A program made the translations under genes and the position numbers. A stretch of DNA of 64,000 bases from Auanema rhodensis (Eukaryota > Animalia > Nematoda), in NCBI GenBank assembly GCA_964057225.1, contig OZ059897.1, positions 19,902,001 through 19,966,000 on the forward strand. The letters are read 5' to 3'. Under the pieces are notes generated by a model, which was not told where the DNA came from, did not search any database, and saw only the letters and a list, made by a program, of their open reading frames with translations. Shown here piece by piece: positions 12,101 through 26,800 of this stretch (position 1 is its first letter; every line of letters begins with the position of its first letter).

Positions 12101-14034
12101 GAGAAACGCTTAATACAAAAATTAGTTATGATCGTTTGAAAAATGATGCATTAGTGTATGTTGAGTTTCCATGTACACTCAACATTGCTTCCAAAAACAT
12201 TTTGACAAAAATTTTTTCGAAAAATTTCAAAATAATTTAGCAAAAAGTAGATGTTTTTAGATTCCTTTTTTCAAGGCAAAGACGATGGACAATGTTATTC
12301 AACGAAAAAATTAATTCTTCAGGGTGAAAATCGAGGATATAAGTGTGAACTTATAACAGTTGATATCTCGGTACATTTTTAAGCTAGCGCAAATCTGATA
12401 ACACAGATCGACGCAGCTTAAAAATCCGCATCGAATGCACTATACTACATTGAGAAACGCTTAATACAAAAATTAGTTATGATCGTTTGAAAAATGATGC
12501 ATTAGTGTATGTTGAGTTTCCATGTACACTCAACATTGCTTCCAAAAACATTTTGACAAAAATTTTTTCGAAAAATTTCAAAATAATTTAGCAAAAAGTA
12601 GATGTTTTTAGATTCCTTTTTTCAAGGCAAAGACGATGGACAATGTTATTTAACGAAAAAATTAATTCTTCAGGGTGAAAATCGAGGATATAAGTGTGAA
12701 CTTATAACAGTTGATATCTCGGTACATTTTTAAGCTAGCGCAAATCTGATAACACAGATCGACGCATTAAAAATCCGCATCGAATGCACTATACTACATT
12801 GAGAAACGCTTAATACAAAAATTAGTTATGATCGTTTGAAAAATGATGCATTAGTGTATGTTGAGTTTCCATGTACACTCAACATTGCTTCCAAAAACAT
12901 TTTGACAAAAATTTTTTCGAAAAATTTCAAAATAATTTAGCAAAAAGTAGATGTTTTTAGATTCCTTTTTTCAAGGCAAAGACGATGGACAATGTTATTC
13001 AACGAAAAAATTGATTCTTCAGGGTGAAAATCGAGGATATAAGTGTAAACTTATATCAGTTGATATCTCGGTGCATTTTTAAGCTAGCGCAAATCTGATA
13101 ACACAGATCGACGCAGCTTAAAAATCCGCATCGAATGCACTATACTACATTGAGAAACGCTTAATACAAAAATTAGTTATGATCGTTTGAAAAATGATGC
13201 ATTAGTGTATGTTGAGTTTCCATGTACACTCAACATTGCTTCCAAAAACATTTTGACAAAAATTTTTTCGAAAAATTTCAAAATAATTTAGCAAAAAGTA
13301 GATGTTTTTAGATTCCTTTTTTCAAGGCAAAGACGATGGACAATGTTATCCAACGAAAAAATTAATTCTTCAGGGTGAAAATCGAGGATATAAGTGTGAA
13401 CTTATATCAGTTGATATCTCGGTACATTTTTAAGCTAGCGCAAATCTGATAACACAGATCGACGCAGCTTAAAAATCCGCATCGAATGCACTATACTACA
13501 TTGAGAAACGCTTAATACAAAAATTAGTTATGATCGTTTGAAAAATGATGCATTAGTGTATGTTGAGTTTCCATGTACACTCAACATTGCTTCCAAAAAC
13601 ATTTTGACAAAAATTTTTTCGAAAAATTTCAAAATAATTTAGCAAAAAGTAGATGTTTTTAGATTCCTTTTTTCAAGGCAAAGACGATGGACAATGTTAT
13701 TTAACGAAAAAATTAATTCTTCAGGGTGAAAATCGAGGATATAAGTGTAAACTTATATCAGTTGATATCTCGGTGCATTTTTAAGCTAGCGCAAATCTGA
13801 TAACACAGATCGACGCAGCTTAAAAATCCGCATCGAATGCACTATACTACATTGAGAAACGCTTAATACAAAAATTAGTTATGATCGTTTGAAAAATGAT
13901 GCATTAGTGTATGTTGAGTTTCCATGTACACTCAACATTGCTTCCAAAAACATTTTGACAAAAATTTTTTCGAAAAATTTCAAAATAATTTAGCAAAAAG
14001 TAGATGTTTTTAGATTCCTTTTTTCAAGGCAAAG

Positions 14035-17000
14035 ACGATGGACAATGTTATTCAACGAAAAAATTAATTCTTCAGGGTGAAAATCGAGGATATAAGTGTG
14101 AACTTATAACAGTTGATATCTCGGTACATTTTTAAGCTAGCGCAAATCTGATAACACAGATCGACGCAGCTTAAAAATCCGCATCGAATGCACTATACTA
14201 CATTGAGAAACGCTTAATACAAAAATTAGTTATGATCGTTTGAAAAATGATGCATTAGTGTATGTTGAGTTTCCATGTACACTCAACATTGCTTCCAAAA
14301 ACATTTTGACAAAAATTTTTTCGAAAAATTTCAAAATAATTTAGCAAAAAGTAGATGTTTTTAGATTCCTTTTTTCAAGGCAAAGACGATGGACAATGTT
14401 ATTTAACGAAAAAATTAATTCTTCAGGGTGAAAATCGAGGATATAAGTGTAAACTTATATCAGTTGATATCTCGGTGCATTTTTAAGCTAGCGCAAATCT
14501 GATAACACAGATCGACGCAGCTTAAAAATCCGCATCGAATGCACTATACTACATTGAGAAACGCTTAATACAAAAATTAGTTATGATCGTTTGAGAAATG
14601 ATGCATTAGTGTATGTTGAGTTTCCATGTACACTCAACATTGCTTCCAAAAACATTTTGACAAAAATTTTTTCGAAAAATTTCAAAATAATTTAGCAAAA
14701 AGTAGATGTTTTTAGATTCCTTTTTTCAAGGCAAAGACGATGGACAATGTTATTCAACGAAAAAATTAATTCTTCAGGGTGAAAATCGAGGATATAAGTG
14801 TGAACTTATAACAGTTGATATCTCGGTACATTTTTAAGCTAGCGCAAATCTGATAACACAGATCGACGCAGCTTAAAAATCCGCATCGAATGCACTATAC
14901 TACATTGAGAAACGCTTAATACAAAAATTAGTTATGATCGTTTGAAAAATGATGCATTAGTGTATGTTGAGTTTCCATGTACACTCAACATTGCTTCCAA
15001 AAACATTTTGACAAAAATTTTTTCGAAAAATTTCAAAATAATTTAGCAAAAAGTAGATGTTTTTAGATTCCTTTTTTCAAGGCAAAGACGATGGACAATG
15101 TTATTTAACGAAAAAATTAATTCTTCAGGGTGAAAATCGAGGATATAAGTGTAAACTTATATCAGTTGATATCTCGGTGCATTTTTAAGCTAGCGCAAAT
15201 CTGATAACACAGATCGACGCAGCTTAAAAATCCGCATCGAATGCACTATACTACATTGAGAAACGCTTAATACAAAAATTAGTTATGATCGTTTGAAAAA
15301 TGATGCATTAGTGTATGTTGAGTTTCCATGTACACTCAACATTGCTTCCAAAAACATTTTGACAAAAATTTTTTCGAAAAATTTCAAAATAATTTAGCCA
15401 AAAGTAGATGTTTTTAGATTCTTTTTTTCAAGGCAAAGACGATGGACAATGTTATTCAACGAAAAAATTAATTCTTCAGGGTGAAAATCGAGGATATAAG
15501 TGTAAACTTATATCAGTTGATATCTCGGTGCATTTTTAAGCTAGCGCAAATCTGATAACACAGATCGACGCAGCTTAAAAATCCGCATCGAATGCACTAT
15601 ACTACATTGAGAAACGCTTAATACAAAAATTAGTTATGATCGTTTGAAAAATGATGCATTAGTGTATGTTGAGTTTCCATGTACACTCAACATTGCTTCC
15701 AAAAACATTTTGACAAAAATTTTTTCGAAAAATTTCAAAATAATTTAGCAAAAAGTAGATGTTTTTAGATTCCTTTTTTCAAGGCAAAGACGATGGACAA
15801 TGTTATTCAACGAAAAAATTAATTCTTCAGGGTGAAAATCGAGGATATAAGTGTGAACTTATAACAGTTGATATCTCGGTACATTTTTAAGCTAGCGCAA
15901 ATCTGATAACACAGATCGACGCAGCTTAAAAATCCGCATCGAATGCACTATACTACATTGAGAAACGCTTAATACAAAAATTAGTTATGATCGTTTGAAA
16001 AATGATGCATTAGTGTATGTTGAGTTTCCATGTACACTCAACATTGCTTCCAAAAACATTTTGACAAAAATTTTTTCGAAAAATTTCAAAATAATTTAGC
16101 AAAAAGTAGATGTTTTTAGATTCCTTTTTTCAAGGCAAAGACGATGGACAATGTTATTCAACGAAAAAATTAATTCTTCAGGGTGAAAATCGAGGATATA
16201 AGTGTGAACTTATAACAGTTGATATCTCGGTACATTTTTAAGCTAGCGCAAATCTGATAACACAGATCGACGCAGCTTAAAAATCCGCATCGAATGCACT
16301 ATACTACATTGAGAAACGCTTAATACAAAAATTAGTTATGATCGTTTGAAAAATGATGCATTAGTGTATGTTGAGTTTCCATGTACACTCAACATTGCTT
16401 CCAAAAACATTTTGACAAAAATTTTTTCGAAAAATTTCAAAATAATTTAGCAAAAAGTAGATGTTTTTAGATTCCTTTTTTCAAGGCAAAGACGATGGAC
16501 AATGTTATTTAACGAAAAAATTAATTCTTCAGGGTGAAAATCGAGGATATAAGTGTAAACTTATATCAGTTGATATCTCGGTGCATTTTTAAGCTAGCGC
16601 AAATCTGATAACACAGATCGACGCAGCTTAAAAATCCGCATCGAATGCACTATACTACATTGAGAAACGCTTAATACAAAAATTAGTTATGATCGTTTGA
16701 GAAATGATGCATTAGTGTATGTTGAGTTTCCATGTACACTCAACATTGCTTCCAAAAACATTTTGACAAAAATTTTTTCGAAAAATTTCAAAATAATTTA
16801 GCAAAAAGTAGATGTTTTTAGATTCCTTTTTTCAAGGCAAAGACGATGGACAATGTTATTCAACGAAAAAATTAATTCTTCAGGGTGAAAATCGAGGATA
16901 TAAGTGTGAACTTATAACAGTTGATATCTCGGTACATTTTTAAGCTAGCGCAAATCTGATAACACAGATCGACGCAGCTTAAAAATCCGCATCGAATGCA

Positions 17001-18597
17001 CTATACTACATTGAGAAACGCTTAATACAAAAATTAGTTATGATCGTTTGAAAAATGATGCATTAGTGTATGTTGAGTTTCCATGTACACTCAACATTGC
17101 TTCCAAAAACATTTTGACAAAAATTTTTTCGAAAAATTTCAAAATAATTTAGCAAAAAGTAGATGTTTTTAGATTCCTTTTTTCAAGGCAAAGACGATGG
17201 ACAATGTTATTTAACGAAAAAATTAATTCTTCAGGGTGAAAATCGAGGATATAAGTGTAAACTTATATCAGTTGATATCTCGGTGCATTTTTAAGCTAGC
17301 GCAAATCTGATAACACAGATCGACGCAGCTTAAAAATCCGCATCGAATGCACTATACTACATTGAGAAACGCTTAATACAAAAATTAGTTATGATCGTTT
17401 GAAAAATGATGCATTAGTGTATGTTGAGTTTCCATGTACACTCAACATTGCTTCCAAAAACATTTTGACAAAAATTTTTTCGAAAAATTTCAAAATAATT
17501 TAGCCAAAAGTAGATGTTTTTAGATTCTTTTTTTCAAGGCAAAGACGATGGACAATGTTATTCAACGAAAAAATTAATTCTTCAGGGTGAAAATCGAGGA
17601 TATAAGTGTAAACTTATATCAGTTGATATCTCGGTGCATTTTTAAGCTAGCGCAAATCTGATAACACAGATCGACGCAGCTTAAAAATCCGCATCGAATG
17701 CACTATACTACATTGAGAAACGCTTAATACAAAAATTAGTTATGATCGTTTGAAAAATGATGCATTAGTGTATGTTGAGTTTCCATGTACACTCAACATT
17801 GCTTCCAAAAACATTTTGACAAAAATTTTTTCGAAAAATTTCAAAATAATTTAGCAAAAAGTAGATGTTTTTAGATTCCTTTTTTCAAGGCAAAGACGAT
17901 GGACAATGTTATTCAACGAAAAAATTAATTCTTCAGGGTGAAAATCGAGGATATAAGTGTGAACTTATAACAGTTGATATCTCGGTACATTTTTAAGCTA
18001 GCGCAAATCTGATAACACAGATCGACGCAGCTTAAAAATCCGCATCGAATGCACTATACTACATTGAGAAACGCTTAATACAAAAATTAGTTATGATCGT
18101 TTGAAAAATGATGCATTAGTGTATGTTGAGTTTCCATGTACACTCAACATTGCTTCCAAAAACATTTTGACAAAAATTTTTTCGAAAAATTTCAAAATAA
18201 TTTAGCAAAAAGTAGATGTTTTTAGATTCCTTTTTTCAAGGCAAAGACGATGGACAATGTTATTCAACGAAAAAATTAATTCTTCAGGGTGAAAATCGAG
18301 GATATAAGTGTGAACTTATAACAGTTGATATCTCGGTACATTTTTAAGCTAGCGCAAATCTGATAACACAGATCGACGCAGCTTAAAAATCCGCATCGAA
18401 TGCACTATACTACATTGAGAAACGCTTAATACAAAAATTAGTTATGATCGTTTGAAAAATGATGCATTAGTGTATGTTGAGTTTCCATGTACACTCAACA
18501 TTGCTTCCAAAAACATTTTGACAAAAATTTTTTCGAAAAATTTCAAAATAATTTAGCAAAAAGTAGATGTTTTTAGATTCCTTTTTTCAAGGCAAAG
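14035..18597. repeat. Hexamer duplication (period 2106 bp)
   Basis: TTGAGAAATG in monomers 14386 and 16492; AGCCAAA + GATTCTTT in monomers 15088 and 17194; identical B-A-B-A-A-B order. Confidence 0.9.
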
Positions 18598-21500
18598 ACG
18601 ATGGACAATGTTATTTAACGAAAAAATTAATTCTTCAGGGTGAAAATCGAGGATATAAGTGTAAACTTATATCAGTTGATATCTCGGTGCATTTTTAAGC
18701 TAGCGCAAATCTGATAACACAGATCGACGCAGCTTAAAAATCCGCATCGAATGCACTATACTACATTGAGAAACGCTTAATACAAAAATTAGTTATGATC
18801 GTTTGAAAAATGATGCATTAGTGTATGTTGAGTTTCCATGTACACTCAACATTGCTTCCAAAAACATTTTGACAAAAATTTTTTCGAAAAATTTCAAAAT
18901 AATTTAGCAAAAAGTAGATGTTTTTAGATTCCTTTTTTCAAGGCAAAGACGATGGACAATGTTATTTAACGAAAAAATTAATTCTTCAGGGTGAAAATCG
19001 AGGATATAAGTGTAAACTTATATCAGTTGATATCTCGGTGCATTTTTAAGCTAGCGCAAATCTGATAACACAGATCGACGCAGCTTAAAAATCCGCATCG
19101 AATGCACTATACTACATTGAGAAACGCTCAATACAAAAATTAGTTATGATCGTTTGAAAAATGATGCATTAGTGTATGTTGAGTTTCCATGTACACTCAA
19201 CATTGCTTCCAAAAACATTTTGACAAAAATTTTTTCGAAAAATTTCAAAATAATTTAGCAAAAAGTAGATGTTTTTAGATTCCTTTTTTCAAGGCAAAGA
19301 CGATGGACAATGTTATTTAACGAAAAAATTAATTCTTCAGGGTGAAAATCGAGGATATAAGTGTAAACTTATATCAGTTGATATCTCGGTGCATTTTTAA
19401 GCTAGCGCAAATCTGATAACACAGATCGACGCAGCTTAAAAATCCGCATCGAATGCACTATACTACATTGAGAAACGCTTAATACAAAAATTAGTTATGA
19501 TCGTTTGAAAAATGATGCATTAGTGTATGTTGAGTTTCCATGTACACTCAACATTGCTTCCAAAAACATTTTGACAAAAATTTTTTCGAAAAATTTCAAA
19601 ATAATTTAGCAAAAAGTAGATGTTTTTAGATTCCTTTTTTCAAGGCAAAGACGATGGACAATGTTATTTAACGAAAAAATTAATTCTTCAGGGTGAAAAT
19701 CGAGGATATAAGTGTAAACTTATATCAGTTGATATCTCGGTGCATTTTTAAGCTAGCGCAAATCTGATAACACAGATCGACGCAGCTTAAAAATCCGCAT
19801 CGAATGCACTATACTACATTGAGAAACGCTTAATACAAAAATTAGTTATGATCGTTTGAAAAATGATGCATTAGTGTATGTTGAGTTTCCATGTACACTC
19901 AACATTGCTTCCAAAAACATTTTGACAAAAATTTTTTCGAAAAATTTCAAAATAATTTAGCAAAAAGTAGATGTTTTAAGATTCCTTTTTTCAAGGCAAA
20001 GACGATGGACAATGTTATTCAACGAAAAAATTAATTCTTCAGGGTGAAAATCGAGGATATAAGTGTGAACTTATAACAGTTGATATCTCGGTACATTTTT
20101 AAGCTAGCGCAAATCTGATAACACAGATCGACGCATTAAAAATCCGCATCGAATGCACTATACTACATTGAGAAACGCTTAATACAAAAATTAGTTATGA
20201 TCGTTTGAAAAATGATGCATTAGTGTATGTTGAGTTTCCATGTACACTCAACATTGCTTCCAAAAACATTTTGACAAAAATTTTTTCGAAAAATTTCAAA
20301 ATAATTTAGCAAAAAGTAGATGTTTTTAGATTCCTTTTTTCAAGGCAAAGACGATGGACAATGTTATTCAACGAAAAAATTAATTCTTCAGGGTGAAAAT
20401 CGAGGATATAAGTGTAAACTTATATCAGTTGATATCTCGGTGCATTTTTAAGCTAGCGCACATCTGATAACACAGATCGACGCAGCTTAAAAATCCGCAT
20501 CGAATGCACTATACTACATTGAGAAACGCTTAATACAAAAATTAGTTATGATCGTTTGAAAAATGATGCATTAGTGTATGTTGAGTTTCCATGTACACTC
20601 AACATTGCTTCCAAAAACATTTTGACAAAAATTTTTTCGAAAAATTTCAAAATAATTTAGCAAAAAGTAGATGTTTTTAGATTCCTTTTTTCAAGGCAAA
20701 GACGATGGACAATGTTATTCAACGAAAAAATTAATTCTTCAGGGTGAAAATCGAGGATATAAGTGTGAACTTATAACAGTTGATATCTCGGTACATTTTT
20801 AAGCTAGCGCAAATCTGATAACACAGATCGACGCAGCTTAAAAATCCGCATCGAATGCACTATACTACATTGAGAAACGCTTAATACAAAAATTAGTTAT
20901 GATCGTTTGAAAAATGATGCATTAGTGTATGTTGAGTTTCCATGTACACTCAACATTGCTTCCAAAAACATTTTGACAAAAATTTTTTCTAAAAATTTCA
21001 AAATAATTTAGCAAAAAGTAGATGTTTTTAGATTCCTTTTTTCAAGGCAAAGACGATGGACAATGTTATTTAACGAAAAAATTAATTCTTCAGGGTGAAA
21101 ATCGAGGATATAAGTGTAAACTTATATCAGTTGATATCTCGGTGCATTTTTAAGCTAGCGCAAATCTGATAACACAGATCGACGCAGCTTAAAAATCCGC
21201 ATCGAATGCACTATACTACATTGAGAAACGCTTAATACAAAAATTAGTTATGATCGTTTGAAAAATGATGCATTAGTGTATGTTGAGTTTCCATGTACAC
21301 TCAACATTGCTTCCAAAAACATTTTGACAAAATTTTTTTCGAAAAATTTCAAAATAATTTAGCAAAAAGTAGATGTTTTTAGATTCCTTTTTTCAAGGCA
21401 AAGACGATGGACAATGTTATTCAACGAAAAAATTAATTCTTCAGGGTGAAAATCGAGGATATAAGTGTAAACTTATATCAGTTGATATCTCGGTGCATTT

Positions 21501-23858
21501 TTAAGCTAGCGCAAATCTGATAACACAGATCGACGCAGCTTAAAAATCCGCATCGAATGCACTATACTACATTGAGAAACGCTTAATACAAAAATTAGTT
21601 ATGATCGTTTGAAAAATGATGCATTAGTGTATGTTGAGTTTCCATGTACACTCAACATTGCTTCCAAAAACATTTTGACAAAAATTTTTTCGAAAAATTT
21701 CAAAATAATTTAGCAAAAAGTAGATGTTTTTAGATTCCTTTTTTCAAGGCAAAGACGATGGACAATGTTATTTAACGAAAAAATTAATTCTTCAGGGTGA
21801 AAATCGAGGATATAAGTGTAAACTTATATCAGTTGATATCTCGGTGCATTTTTAAGCTAGCGCAAATCTGATAACACAGATCGACGCAGCTTAAAAATCC
21901 GCATCGAATGCACTATACTACATTGAGAAACGCTTAATACAAAAATTAGTTATGATCGTTTGAAAAATGATGCATTAGTGTATGTTGAGTTTCCATGTAC
22001 ACTCAACATTGCTTCCAAAAACATTTTGACAAAAATTTTTTCGAAAAATTTCAAAATAATTTAGCAAAAAGTAGATGTTTTTAGATTCCTTTTTTCAAGG
22101 CAAAGACGATGGACAATGTTATTTAACGAAAAAATTAATTCTTCAGGGTGAAAATCGAGGATATAAGTGTAAACTTATATCAGTTGATATCTCGGTGCAT
22201 TTTTAAGCTAGCGCAAATCTGATAACACAGATCGACGCAGCTTAAAAATCCGCATCGAATGCACTATACTACATTGAGAAACGCTCAATACAAAAATTAG
22301 TTATGATCGTTTGAAAAATGATGCATTAGTGTATGTTGAGTTTCCATGTACACTCAACATTGCTTCCAAAAACATTTTGACAAAAATTTTTTCGAAAAAT
22401 TTCAAAATAATTTAGCAAAAAGTAGATGTTTTTAGATTCCTTTTTTCAAGGCAAAGACGATGGACAATGTTATTTAACGAAAAAATTAATTCTTCAGGGT
22501 GAAAATCGAGGATATAAGTGTAAACTTATATCAGTTGATATCTCGGTGCATTTTTAAGCTAGCGCAAATCTGATAACACAGATCGACGCAGCTTAAAAAT
22601 CCGCATCGAATGCACTATACTACATTGAGAAACGCTTAATACAAAAATTAGTTATGATCGTTTGAAAAATGATGCATTAGTGTATGTTGAGTTTCCATGT
22701 ACACTCAACATTGCTTCCAAAAACATTTTGACAAAAATTTTTTCGAAAAATTTCAAAATAATTTAGCAAAAAGTAGATGTTTTTAGATTCCTTTTTTCAA
22801 GGCAAAGACGATGGACAATGTTATTTAACGAAAAAATTAATTCTTCAGGGTGAAAATCGAGGATATAAGTGTAAACTTATATCAGTTGATATCTCGGTGC
22901 ATTTTTAAGCTAGCGCAAATCTGATAACACAGATCGACGCAGCTTAAAAATCCGCATCGAATGCACTATACTACATTGAGAAACGCTTAATACAAAAATT
23001 AGTTATGATCGTTTGAAAAATGATGCATTAGTGTATGTTGAGTTTCCATGTACACTCAACATTGCTTCCAAAAACATTTTGACAAAAATTTTTTCGAAAA
23101 ATTTCAAAATAATTTAGCAAAAAGTAGATGTTTTAAGATTCCTTTTTTCAAGGCAAAGACGATGGACAATGTTATTCAACGAAAAAATTAATTCTTCAGG
23201 GTGAAAATCGAGGATATAAGTGTGAACTTATAACAGTTGATATCTCGGTACATTTTTAAGCTAGCGCAAATCTGATAACACAGATCGACGCATTAAAAAT
23301 CCGCATCAAATGTACTATACTACATTGAGAAACGCTTAATACAAAAATTAGTTATGATCGTTTGAAAAATGATGCATTAGTGTATGTTGAGTTTCCATGT
23401 ACACTCAACATTGCTTCCAAAAACATTTTGACAAAAATTTTTTCGAAAAATTTCAAAATAATTTAGCAAAAAGTAGATGTTTTTAGATTCCTTTTTTCAA
23501 GGCAAAGACGATGGACAATGTTATTCAACGAAAAAATTAATTCTTCAGGGTGAAAATCGAGGATATAAGTGTAAACTTATATCAGTTGATATCTCGGTGC
23601 ATTTTTAAGCTAGCGCACATCTGATAACACAGATCGACGCAGCTTAAAAATCCGCATCGAATGCACTATACTACATTGAGAAACGCTTAATACAAAAATT
23701 AGTTATGATCGTTTGAAAAATGATGCATTAGTGTATGTTGAGTTTCCATGTACACTCAACATTGCTTCCAAAAACATTTTGACAAAAATTTTTTCTAAAA
23801 ATTTCAAAATAATTTAGCAAAAAGTAGATGTTTTTAGATTCCTTTTTTCAAGGCAAAG
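18598..23858. repeat. Duplication with period 9 monomers (3157 bp)
   Basis: The order CTCAAT, plain, TTTTAAG, deletion-B, GCACAT starts at 18949 and again at 22106. Confidence 0.82.
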
Positions 23859-26800
23859 ACGATGGACAATGTTATTTAACGAAAAAATTAATTCTTCAGG
23901 GTGAAAATCGAGGATATAAGTGTGAACTTATAACAGTTGATATCTCGGTACATTTTTAAGCTAGCGCAAATCTGATAACACAGATCGACGCATTAAAAAT
24001 CCGCATCGAATGCACTATACTACATTGAGAAACGCTTAATACAAAAATTAGTTATGATCGTTTGAAAAATGATGCATTAGTGTATGTTGAGTTTCCATGT
24101 ACACTCAACATTGCTTCCAAAAACATTTTGACAAAAATTTTTTCGAAAAATTTCAAAATAATTTAGCAAAAAGTAGATGTTTTTAGATTCCTTTTTTCAA
24201 GGCAAAGACGATGGACAATGTTATTCAACGAAAAAATTAATTCTTCAGGGTGAAAATCGAGGATATAAGTGTAAACTTATATCAGTTGATATCTCGGTGC
24301 ATTTTTAAGCTAGCGCAAATCTGATAACACAGATCGACGCAGCTTAAAAATCCGCATCGAATGCACTATACTACATTGAGAAACGCTTAATACAAAAATT
24401 AGTTATGATCGTTTGAAAAATGATGCATTAGTGTATGTTGAGTTTCCATGTACACTCAACATTGCTTCCAAAAACATTTTGACAAAAATTTTTTCGAAAA
24501 ATTTCAAAATAATTTAGCAAAAAGTAGATGTTTTTAGATTCCTTTTTTCAAGGCAAAGACGATGAACAATGTTATTCAACGAAAAAATTAATTCTTCAGG
24601 GTGAAAATCGAGGATATAAGTGTGAACTTATAACAGTTGATATCTCGGTACATTTTTAAGCTAGCGCAAATCTGATAACACAGATCGACGCAGCTTAAAA
24701 ATCCGCATCGAATGCACTATACTACATTGAGAAACGCTTAATACAAAAATTAGTTATGATCGTTTGAAAAATGATGCATTAGTGTATGTTGAGTTTCCAT
24801 GTACACTCAACATTGCTTCCAAAAACATTTTGACAAAAATTTTTTCTAAAAATTTCAAAATAATTTAGCAAAAAGTAGATGTTTTTAGATTCCTTTTTTC
24901 AAGGCAAAGACGATGGACAATGTTATTTAACGAAAAAATTAATTCTTCAGGGTGAAAATCGAGGATATAAGTGTAAACTTATATCAGTTGATATCTCGGT
25001 GCATTTTTAAGCTAGCGCAAATCTGATAACACAGATCGACGCAGCTTAAAAATCCGCATCGAATGCACTATACTACATTGAGAAACGCTTAATACAAAAA
25101 TTAGTTATGATCGTTTGAAAAATGATGCATTAGTGTATGTTGAGTTTCCATGTACACTCAACATTGCTTCCAAAAACATTTTGACAAAAATTTTTTCGAA
25201 AAATTTCAAAATAATTTAGCAAAAAGTAGATGTTTTTAGATTCCTTTTTTCAAGGCAAAGACGATGGACAATGTTATTCAACGAAAAAATTAATTCTTCA
25301 GGGTGAAAATCGAGGATATAAGTGTAAACTTATATCAGTTGATATCTCGGTGCATTTTTAAGCTAGCGCAAATCTGATAACACAGATCGACGCAGCTTAA
25401 AAATCCGCATCGAATGCACTATACTACATTGAGAAACGCTTAATACAAAAATTAGTTATGATCGTTTGAAAAATGATGCATTAGTGTATGTTGAGTTTCC
25501 ATGTACACTCAACATTGCTTCCAAAAACATTTTGACAAAAATTTTTTCGAAAAATTTCAAAATAATTTAGCAAAAAGTAGATGTTTTTAGATTCCTTTTT
25601 TCAAGGCAAAGACGATGGACAATGTTATTTAACGAAAAAATTAATTCTTCAGGGTGAAAATCGAGGATATAAGTGTAAACTTATATCAGTTGATATCTCG
25701 GTGCATTTTTAAGCTAGCGCAAATCTGATAACACAGATCGACGCAGCTTAAAAATCCGCATCGAATGCACTATACTACATTGAGAAACGCTTAATACAAA
25801 AATTAGTTATGATCGTTTGAAAAATGATGCATTAGTGTATGTTGAGTTTCCATGTACACTCAACATTGCTTCCAAAAACATTTTGACAAAAATTTTTTCG
25901 AAAAATTTCAAAATAATTTAGCAAAAAGTAGATGTTTTTAGATTCCTTTTTTCAAGGCAAAGACGATGGACAATGTTATTCAACGAAAAAATTAATTCTT
26001 CAGGGTGAAAATCGAGGATATAAGTGTAAACTTATATCAGTTGATATCTCGGTGCATTTTTAAGCTAGCGCAAATCTGATAACACAGATCGACGCAGCTT
26101 AAAAATCCGCATCGAATGCACTATACTACATTGAGAAACGCTTAATACAAAAATTAGTTATGATCGTTTGAAAAATGATGCATTAGTGTATGTTGAGTTT
26201 CCATGTACACTCAACATTGCTTCCAAAAACATTTTGACAAAAATTTTTTCGAAAAATTTCAAAATAATTTAGCAAAAAGTAGATGTTTTTAGATTCCTTT
26301 TTTCAAGGCAAAGACGATGGACAATGTTATTTAACGAAAAAATTAATTCTTCAGGGTGAAAATCGAGGATATAAGTGTAAACTTATATCAGTTGATATCT
26401 CGGTGCATTTTTAAGCTAGCGCAAATCTGATAACACAGATCGACGCAGCTTAAAAATCCGCATCGAATGCACTATACTACATTGAGAAACGCTTAATACA
26501 AAAATTAGTTATGATCGTTTGAAAAATGATGCATTAGTGTATGTTGAGTTTCCATGTACACTCAACATTGCTTCCAAAAACATTTTGACAAAAATTTTTT
26601 CGAAAAATTTCAAAATAATTTAGCAAAAAGTAGATGTTTTTAGATTCCTTTTTTCAAGGCAAAGACGATGGACAATGTTATTTAACGAAAAAATTAATTC
26701 TTCAGGGTGAAAATCGAGGATATAAGTGTAAACTTATATCAGTTGATATCTCGGTGCATTTTTAAGCTAGCGAAAATCTGATAACACAGATCGACGCAGC

